Shown: one piece after another, positions 53,135 through 62,133 of the stretch
Layout: the number at the start of each line of letters is the position of its first letter
How positions within the stretch are numbered: position 1 is the stretch's first letter
NCBI GenBank assembly: GCA_918797485.1
Contig: CAKKNE010000006.1
Coordinates: forward strand, 744,001 to 808,000
Source: Pelagomonas calceolata
Lineage: Eukaryota
Direction: 5' to 3'
DNA length: 64,000 bases
Position numbers and translations under genes: made by a program
The notes under the pieces: model-generated
The model's input: the letters and a program-made list of their open reading frames with translations, nothing else
Databases searched by the model: none
What the model was told of the DNA's origin: nothing

Positions 53135-56100
53135 TTAGTCGTCGACGTCGTCCAGCCCGAAGACCGGCAGGTGGTCCGCCAGCGCGTCCTTCAGCGCCCG
53201 CTCCCTCACACCTCTGTCATCAAGCGAGGCCGCCAATTGCTTCAGCGTCTCGGTCCCTTCGTAGAAGGACCAGGCCGGCGCCGCGCCGCTCCGGTCCTCG
53301 ACCCAGATTCGGAGCGGCGACGACGGCCGCGGGCGAGGCACGGCCTCCATCTGTAAAGTATCCCGTCTAGGAAACACCCAATAGGCGTTTTTGTTCCTAT
53401 CATAACCGAGCGGCTCGAGGCGCGGTAGAGCTCGCGCGCGCACGTCCCGCACCTTCGCCCGGCGACGCGCTATCTCTTCAAACTTCGCCTCGGCGTCTCG
53501 GAGAGCCTCGCACGCGTCGGCCACTTCTCGACAGACCCAGCGCTTCGGAGGAATGACAGGCACCTTCGGCACGGGCTCCTCGGAGAAGCAGAAGTCGACT
53601 TGCGGATCGAGCACACGATCACCAATCTGAGCCATGTGAGGCTTGCCTGTGTGGAAATCAATGTCGCGGCGCGTCTCCTCCCACGGCCCAATCATGCCCT
53701 CCACGCCATCGACGCGACGCCTGTCGCACGCGACACACTGGTTGATTCCCACACAGAAGCTTGCCCTCGAAATACCGTCGGACGTCCGGCCGCGACCGCA
53801 ACTGCACGCCGTCCGGGGGGTAGTAGTACACATCCACTTTGTCCGAGGACTTCCTAGGTTCACATTTCCGGAACCAGCCCGGCGCCGGGTCGTCCTGGCC
53901 CTTCGGCGGCGGTGGAGGTGTATCGTCTTCTTCCTCGGGAACTAAGCCTTCGAGCAGCACTTCGTCAGAACGCGCTTGTTCAAGAGCAGTCTTCAACGCT
54001 TGGACGTCGACGCCGTGGTCGCCGGGCTTGCAGGCGTCTCTGAGAGTAACAATGCACTTGCGCCGCGCGTCTCGCAATGTCTCAGTTCGTTGTTGCAACC
54101 CCCACTCGCTCTCCTTCCGCTCCAAGGCAGGAATGGACGCCACGAACTCGATATCGCCGCCGCCACAGGCGTCCACGGCCCGTGCGTGGGCTATTTCAGC
54201 TCTGAACCGATGGCGAGTAGGCGCGGCGACCTGGGCCGGAGGCGACGCTCTAGGTGAAGAATTCTGGGAACTAGGCTGCAGATCCGTCGTCGCTTGAGCC
54301 ACTTCCTCGTCGGGCGACGGCATGGAGCCGTCCACACAAAAGGTAGCGAAATCTGGTATAGGATCATCTTCTCCCATAGCTCTACAAGCCGTATATTGTC
54401 GCGCATGTAGCGGTGTCGTCAGCGACGTATACCCCCGCGCGACGTCGTTGAAGATATCGCCTCGCCGCGCGCCCAGTCGCAGCATCTCCTTGATGGTAGT
54501 AGCGCTTCGATAGCGCTCATATAAAGCGTGGACCCTCGAACCAGGTAATTTTGGATTTCTCTGTTCTACTGAGCATGGAGCATCTATATTGATGAGGTGG
54601 TCCAGCAACGCCGACAAAGGAGGCGGCGCGGCCCCGGGCCGCGGCCGCGGCCGCTTCCCTTCACCGGAAGCTTTCTTCGATTTTTTCCTAGGCTTCTTTT
54701 CGTCGATTTCCGGAGGGACGTCGCAGCCCATCTCGAGCGCGAGCTTTTCTCGTACTTGTGATGCGGTTTCTTTTTCTTTTTCGGCTAGTGTTCGTTTTCT
54801 CTCTCGTTCGTCGGCCTCGGCCTTGGCGTCGCGTAAGGCTCGTAGTTCCGACGCTTCATCTACGAGCGTAGCGCAGCCGTAGGACGAGGCGTAGGCGTCG
54901 CATAAGGCCTTGAGCACGGCTACTCTTTCTCTTGTGCCGAGGCCACCATATGGATAACCCTCGGAGAGCCACTTGCTTGCTCGATGTAACGCTTGCGGCG
55001 CCTCGTCGCGCTGCGCGAGGCGCGCGCCGACGGCGCCGGCGAGGCAAGCCCAGGTCTTCGGTCCTACGGCTTGCTGCGGCGGTCTCGGCAATCTAAGAGG
55101 TGCGGGCGGCGGCGGGGCGGGCGGCGCGTCCTGCGTTGATTAAAGTGAGACGCCATCGCCACGAATGAAGGACGCTGGCACGCACGAGGTTGTCCTCGAA
55201 CGGGTCGAAAACAGGCGGCGGCGGCACGTCCTCGACGAGCGCGCGCTTCTTCGCCGCGGCGCGGTCGTGGGCATCTAACACGAGCGCCTCCTGGACGGCG
55301 TCCCGCGGGAACGGAGCGGCCTTCGAGCCACCGAGCTTCTCCAAAACCTTCTCGCGCTCCTCGCCATATTCCTCCAAAATAGTTTTTTTGGCCTTTCTCC
55401 CTCGCCTGCGTGGCACGGACACTGTCAGACCACGTCAAGTTCAAGGTCACTGGAGACGCCGCGTCGCGGACCGCCGGTCCTTCTTCTTCTCGTCGTCGTC
55501 TTCATTTACTTTCTTCGCGCGCGGGACCGGTGGGAGCTTCATGGGCTGTTCGTCGTCCGTGTCGTCCGATTTGGGTACCAATGACTCAAGTAACTCGGAC
55601 CTGCGTGTGACATGTGTCGAGTCGCGTCGACGGCGTGAAGACGCCGCGAGCGCACAGTTCCAAATCTTCTTCATCACCCTCGAGTTCTCCGGAAGAAAAG
55701 TAGACGTGCCACAGAGCTGCTGGTTTTCCCTCAGAGTCGTTGTAGTCGCTTCTAGAGGCGTCGAGCCACCCTCGGACCGCCCCTTCACTATGAGATATTG
55801 GTTTGCCGGTGGCATCCAAGACGCTTCGTCGCACACTTCTGCCGAGGTACTCGCTCCCTTCGACGCGCCAGCCTTCCGCTCGGGCCCTTCTAGTCTCCTC
55901 TCTGGCTTTGTGGTTGACTTGAGTTGTATCAGCTAAGTGAGAAGCCCAGGTCCGCGCCGCCGACTCGGCGTCGTCTCTTCGTGCTGCGTCTCTGTCCGCG
56001 GCGGGGCCGGTCCAGCACTTCGGCCGCGCGTCGCGAGCGGCACTAGCCAGTGCTAATGCACCTGTCTTACGTTCGTCAGCAGACAAATTTGAGAGGTGTT

Positions 56101-58626
56101 CCAACAAGTTCCGAGCACTTCGCAAAGTAGTAAACCTAGCGGCACACCGCAGCGCGTCTTGCGCGCAGGCCGACGACGCCTGGTCGCACGCGGACACCCA
56201 TCGCCTCGTGTCCGCGTCGGCCTCGTTGCCTCGTTTTAGCTCCGCTACTACTTCTTCCGTCGTCCTCACAACGTCCCAGACCCGTTCTGAGGGTTGTTCG
56301 TCGGGCGGGTCCTCGCTCAACCGCTTCGTAGCGGCACGCGAGAACCGTCGCGCGACGCGCGCCCAGGGGTGCTGCCTCGCCCTTAACTTCGTCGTTTTTG
56401 CTGCTGGATACCGGAAGCCGCCGTCGTCGTCGGAATCGGCCCCAAAATAGCCCGGGTCCTCCTTCACGGCGGGTGGAGACCAATAATCATCAGCTGAGGC
56501 GTCGTCTAGGAGCACCTCGAGGAGGCAGGAGTGGGCCCGTCGCAGCGGTTCCAAGGCTCCCCTCGGTCCTGGTAATGTTTTGAGAGGTGAGGCTAATGCG
56601 GCCGCGAAGGCATGCAAAGGGGGCGGCTGATTTGGCGACTCCTCTAGATCTAAACCGGTCGAGGGTCGGCCTCTTTTGAGACCCTTGGCCGTTCTCCGAG
56701 CCGCCACGGCCTTCAACAAAGCATGAATAGCGAGCACATCCCCGACCTTGTCTGGAGGCAGGCCTCTTAACAATTCCACACAAGGGTCTTGGGTCTGAGG
56801 CCTCTCAGCCAATTCAACAGGAGGCTCTTCAGATAATAACGAATCGTCAATGGGGTACTTCTGCTTGCCGCGTCGTTGAACAGGAGCATCCACAGAAACG
56901 CGCTTTTTGCGCGGCGCCCGCGACCGCTGGAGCGCGTCGCGCTCCTTCGCTTTGCGCTTCGCCTTGCGCTCCTCCTCCTGCTGGGCGCGCTTCTCCGCAG
57001 CTAGTCTCGCTTCCTGGTAGAGCTCCTCGAGCTTGAGCGTGCACTCGCCGAGCCGCTTCGAGACCCTCCCCTCGCGCTCGATATCATTGATACAGCACTG
57101 CCGCCGGTCCCGCGCCGCCTGGTACTGCTCTATGCGATACGCGAGCTGGAGGTCCGTCTCGTGGATGGGCACGGAGCCCGGGGGCTGGTTCTCGGCCTTG
57201 TGGACCGCTGCTAACAATTCGGGAGACGCGTCGGGCAGCGGCGTCTCCTTGAGGTTCTCCGTCGCCTCGGCGAGCCGACCGCGCGCGCCGGCCTCCTTTT
57301 CTCTCGCATCCTCCAGCTTCTCGCGTAACCGTTCGGCTTTCGCGTTGGCCGCGGCTACTGATTTACTACCACGATCATCGGCTTCCGCGTGCTGCTTCTT
57401 CAACACGTCGGGGTTGATGGCCTCCTGTTCATCATCTAGCACGCGACCCAAAGCCGCTCGGAGGTGCTGCGTGCACGCCGCGAAGCGCTTCGCGTGCGCC
57501 GCTCGCCGTCGCCCTTTCTTCGTCCTCCCGAACGTCGACGTCGCCTTCGTCCGGCGCTGCGGCACGGCGAGGAAGAAGGCTCTCGCTACTTCTGCTCGGG
57601 AGCGGTAGCGCTTGCCCGCGGGATCGAAGTAGTACACATCGTAGGTTCCCGCCGTGTCGCCTTCTTTCCTCGTTTCTACCGTGGCCTGCGGGTGATGCGT
57701 GTCGCGGCGACGGCGTGCGGGCGCTCCCTAGCTCTCTGGTGCGTCTATCGCGGCGACGGCGTGAGGATGCCATCACGCGGTGTGCCATGTCGCGTCGATG
57801 CCACGCGGCGACGCCATCGACGCGCCGCGACGCCGTCGATGCCACGCGGCGACGCCGTCGACGCGACGCGACGCCATCGACGCGACGCGCCGACGCTATC
57901 GACGCGACGCGACACGCCATCGACGCGACACGCCGTCGACGCAATTCGAGGACGCTGTTGCGTTACCGTCCAATTCTTCACCAAATCCGCCGACCCGCCG
58001 CAGGCGACGACGTACCTTTCCAGAGCCTCGACACAAGCTTTGTTTCTCTCATCAACACCCATCGACGCGAGATTTTGCCTTGCAATTGGCGCCGCGGAAG
58101 GTTGCCCCACGGCCCCCCACCGGTTCCCACCCAAGGGCGCGCCGGACGACCGCTGGCCCGTCAGAGCACATGCTAAGGGTGCCAATTCGTTGCCGTTCTC
58201 CTGGACCGACGCGCCGTCGATTTTGAGGCGAATCTTGACGTGCCTCGTAGCACTCGCTCGTGGCGAGGAAGGCGGCGTCGCCCCCGTCAGGAAGTCGTCG
58301 TGCTCGTCTTCTTCGTCGTCCTCCTCCTCCTCCGACGAGCTCGATTCCTCCATCGGTTGTTGTGGCGGCATTTGCATCATCGGAGGCACGGCATACAGCA
58401 TGGGCGCGTTCGGCACGAACTGCGGCGCGTAGGGCATGCCCTGTGGCGGGTACTGCTGCAGGGGCACGACCGGTAGAGCTCCCGGTGGGGGATACTGGAC
58501 GTAGGGCGCGCCCGACGCCCACGGCGGCGCGGCCTGGGGTGGTGGCTGGGTCCCTGGGGCCTGGAAGTCGGCGCCGGACGCCCATGGCGGCCTCTCGTTG
58601 GGCTGAGGCGGTCCGTTCTCGCTCAT
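53135..58626 (-). CDS. BAZ2-like chromatin protein (MBD, DDT-like, Tudor-like, WHIM1, second MBD, WSD); six exons
   Basis: Introns at 57686-57966, 55601-55655, 55406-55471, 55131-55185 and 53647-53764 join six ORF pieces in frame. Motifs: DVYYFDPAGKRYRSRAEV, ERVAVLKALCD, DVYYYPPDGVQLRSRPDV and PLGYDRNKNAYW...LDDRGVRERAL. Confidence 0.82.
53647..53764 (-). mobile_element. Introner (TIR family), 118-nt GC-AG intron
   Basis: Element 53647-53756 with TIRs CTGTGTGGAAATCAA and TTGATTCCCACACAG; 8-bp TSD AGGCTTGC (53639-53646) and AAGCTTGC (53757-53764). Confidence 0.92.
57760..57942. repeat. Intronic cluster of GCCRTCGACGCG(AC)-type repeats
   Basis: Roughly seven exact or near copies packed inside the 281-nt intron. 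Confidence 0.85.
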
Positions 58627-58955
58627 AGTGTGTCTATTGCGTTCTATTGCGGTTTCGCCTCCGGACCCGCGCGCTCTGGCGCCGCAGCGTCCGGGGCGCC
58701 CGTTGCACTATCCCTGCCTTGGCTGTCGCGTATCGAAAGATTCCAAGCCTCTGCGCCGCCCCCCAGCGCCGCGCGCTGGTGCAATTGGCATAGAGCGAGT
58801 CCTCAGCCTTTTATTGCGCTTTGGCACCAGAGGCACCAGAGCCCAGCAGGGGGTCGCGTAAGGACGCCTAGCGACGCCCATTTGACGCCTGGGCTACTCC
58901 TCCATGTCTCCGCTTGCGCCGAGCAAGCGTCGGAGCCGTTCCTCGAGGTTAACGT

Positions 58956-58977
58956 CTAGCGTCTTGTAAGGCACTAG
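58956..58977 (-). promoter_or_regulatory. CTAG-flanked intergenic motif copy (CTAGTGCCTTACAAGACGCTAG)
   Basis: Lies between divergent genes. Confidence 0.5.
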
Positions 58978-59163
58978 TCTGGGCGAAGTGTGAGCGCGCT
59001 CCGTAAAGCACAGCTGCTGTTGCAACCTGCAAGCTGTACAGCGCTCAGCAATTCGCACAAATACGTATCACCAGGACTAAGTGAAAAACGCTGTCGCTGC
59101 AGCCCTCGTAGAGCTTGAGCGCTGCACTGCACACGACTGCACTGCAAAAACGCCATCGCAGCG

Positions 59164-59562
59164 ATGCCCCTCGGCGGCAAGGCCCTCAAACGGCGAGAAC
59201 AGGCGAAAGACGCCAAGAACGGAGTTGTGCGCGACGAGCTCGCGCTACGGAAGGCCGCAAACGCGAAGGCCGACGTCCACTGCACGGTCTGTGCGGTAGC
59301 ATTTAAACTAACGAAAAGAAACGTGGACCAGCGGGCGCACGTCGAGAGCAAGCACCCCGGCAAGACGTTCGCGGAGTGCTTTCCCGAGTGCGTCGCCCAT
59401 GAAAAGGCGCTGGCCGAGGGCGGCGGCGCCGCCTCGAACAAAAATCCCAACAAAGGAGGCGTCGGCAAGACCGGCGGGAAGAAGAAGAACAAGGATGAAG
59501 ATTTGTCCGCGCTGCTGAGCGAGGGGCTGAGCGTTGGGGGCAAGAAAAAGGGTAAAAAATGA
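59164..59562 (+). CDS. Small zinc-finger protein (At2g23090/ZNF706-like)
   Basis: HCTVC...HVESKHP..TFAECFP motif and DLSALL tail. Confidence 0.75.
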   Translation: MPLGGKALKRREQAKDAKNGVVRDELALRKAANAKADVHCTVCAVAFKLTKRNVDQRAHVESKHPGKTFAECFPECVAHEKALAEGGGAASNKNPNKGGVGKTGGKKKNKDEDLSALLSEGLSVGGKKKGKK

Positions 59563-59603
59563 ATTCACTACAATACGCCATCGACGCGACGCCTCGAAAG
59601 AAA

Positions 59604-61417
59604 CTATGATTTACCCCTACGTTTCTTCTTCGCCACCTCCACGACTTCCTCGACCGCCGGCGCGACGGCCTCGACGCCCTCGAGCCGCTGCGTCAACCGG
59701 TCCCACCTCTTTCTAAAATAGCGCGGCAGCGACGGCCGCGGCGTGTGGTCCGATAAGAAGGAAGACATCGATCGTCTATATTCATCGACGAGAGCCGCCG
59801 CCGTGGACGTGTTCATCGACAGGGCATGAGATAATAAAGCCACCTCCAGACTTCCGGTCGTGTTATACACGTCCGACTTGAGACCGGACACGATCTCTCT
59901 CAGGTCATCTCTGTCGAACGTTTTGGCCCCATCGGCCGACGGGACGACATAAAGATACACGCAGAACCAGTGCGTCACGGCTCCCGCCATGACAAACAGG
60001 TGCCACACCACATGCCATCCTGGGTGCTTGTCGGCCAGTATGAATGGTATCACACCAATAACATAAAAAGCGCCTCCCAAACCTACTAGAAAGATGGCCT
60101 CCGTCCCCAAAATCTCCTTTATCAGGCCAATACAAGGGAGACACGCGAAGCCCATCACTCCAAAGGTAGCTAACTCCAACCAATTCGTTTCGGTTTTGCT
60201 CATCCCGACCCCGGCCGCGGAGAATAAACAGCCGCCGCCCGCCAGTAACCACTCCAGGGCCACAATAATCGCGATCGGCACGTGGCCGCGACAGCCCACA
60301 CTGATCAAGGCCGTGTAGGATCCAGCTATCAGTAGGTAGATGCCTGCGTGGGACGGGCGCCGTCGCGATACTCTCGCGAGACGCGGAGACTCTCTGACGG
60401 CCACGTCGACGGCGTCGAGGTGAAGCGGTCTCACGAGGACGCCATCGACGCGTCGACGGCGCCGCGGCGGCGTGGTCTCGTGAAGACGCCATCGACGCGA
60501 CTCATTTCAACGCTGACTCCGTACCCATGTGGTCCACGCGCATCCAAAAATGAAACATCTTCGGGTTGCTGAAGTGGCCGTGGTAGAGCGTCGAGCTCCC
60601 GAAGCATACTAACAGCGTGGCCTCGTAGGCGACGCAGCACCTGCGCGCGTATCGTGACGCCATCGCCGCGATCCAGGACGCTGACGCAGCACCAAAACGT
60701 GAACCGGTCCGCCTGATAAGCATCTGTCAATAAAGGGATGCACGCGACCAGTGCCACGACAAATGATAAACCATGGGTCAACGCCGACAGCATCTCCTCG
60801 GTACTAAAATTGCCCACGGACTCGACAGTAACATTTTTTTGTTTCGAGGCCGTGCTGATTTTCGACACGCCCGGGAAGTAGAGCGAGTTGTTCGAGACGT
60901 CGATCCGTTCCAGGGACGGCGCTTGTCGCACGGCCTCGGCGAGGGCCGCGCAGGCGTCATCTCCAAAAGTGTAATTCTCGGTGAGTATGAGAGTCCTGAG
61001 CGACGACTCCCGCAAACCCTGGGCGAGCTCCTCTATGCTGACGTCGTCGAGGCCGCACTGCGATAAGTCAAGCGTTTCCAGTGATTGATTGCGTTTGAGT
61101 ATTTCGGCTAGGGCTCTAGCATCTGCGGCGGGCGACGCGCCCCGCTCGCCGTCCGCTCTGAGTTTCAGCTCTGTTATTGATTTTGATTCAGCTAGAACGT
61201 CTATCAACGGTAGTAAACCGCCCCGCCCGAAACCGAGCGAGGGCGCTAATAACCACCACCCGGTGGCCAGCGTCGTCGACGTCGCGGGATCGGGCGTCAC
61301 GTTGTAGGCCCGGCAGGAGTTGAGGTAGGCCGCGACGTCGGCGTCGGCAGTCTTCGACGTGCGCTTCGTGGAGCGCGGGGCGCCGTTCTGCGGCGTCATG
61401 CAGTGAGTGCACCTCAT
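59604..61417 (-). CDS. RNI-like LRR domain fused to hemolysin III/PAQR membrane domain; exons 61417-60693, 60640-60525 and 60343-59604
   Basis: LETLDLSQCGL LRRs; EEMLSALTHG, SSTLYH, DHMGIYLLIAGSYT (after splicing) and HVVWHLFV. Confidence 0.85.
60641..60692 (-). mobile_element. 52-nt intron with perfect 10-bp boundary duplication (probable introner)
   Basis: GACGCAGCAC at both 60631-60640 (exon) and 60683-60692 (intron 5' end). Confidence 0.7.
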
Positions 61418-62133
61418 ACAGTGGTGTTTTGAGCGGCGTACGCGTTTCGCGCGTCGGTTTCAGTGGTGATGCAGCAAGTGCTACTCTGAGATCTCCGAAG
61501 CAGGCGCTCGGTTTCGAAATTCCTTAAGCACTTGTTATGAGCGATGCGTTGGGGTCCTGTGCCGGGCGCAGCGTCAGTGTTAACGCGTCGTGCACTGAGT
61601 GCGCTGCGATTTACAAAGTGCTGCAGGCAGGATGACAAGCTTGTGCAAATGCCGCTGAAGGCGTCCGAGGGCCGGCGAACCGCAAGAGGGAGCCATCTGC
61701 GGACATTTCCAGGAGTTTCGTCGGATAAGGTTCGGGCAGAGGGTCTGCGGCCGCGGCCACTGGCATTCAGTTTTAGGGCCTCCCTGCGCGCCATAGAGAC
61801 GCGCAGAGACCTTCAAACTTTGCAGCTGACCCGCGGCCTGCCAGCGCTGTCCACTCCGAACTCCGGAGCGCAGGGCATTAGCTTGCGCGCTCAAAAGAGG
61901 GCTCTGCGAGTATTTTGAAATAAGGCCCTTTTAGGCCCCGCGCGCACGCCAATCGACGCGCCCATCACACCGGCGCAACTGCCCAGCACAGCGCTACACG
62001 GACGGCCGGCACCGACCGCCCCCGCCGTCGTGCAATTGCGTGAGCGGTAGCCGCGAACCGAACCGCGCTCTCCCACACCAACATTCGACGACTGCACGAA
62101 GCGGTCGCCGCACAACACTCAAACGACGCAGCC

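Noticed and set aside
57760..57942. CRISPR-like array
   Set aside because: Units are short, irregular and partly inverted, with no unique spacers or cas genes; they lie in a eukaryotic intron.
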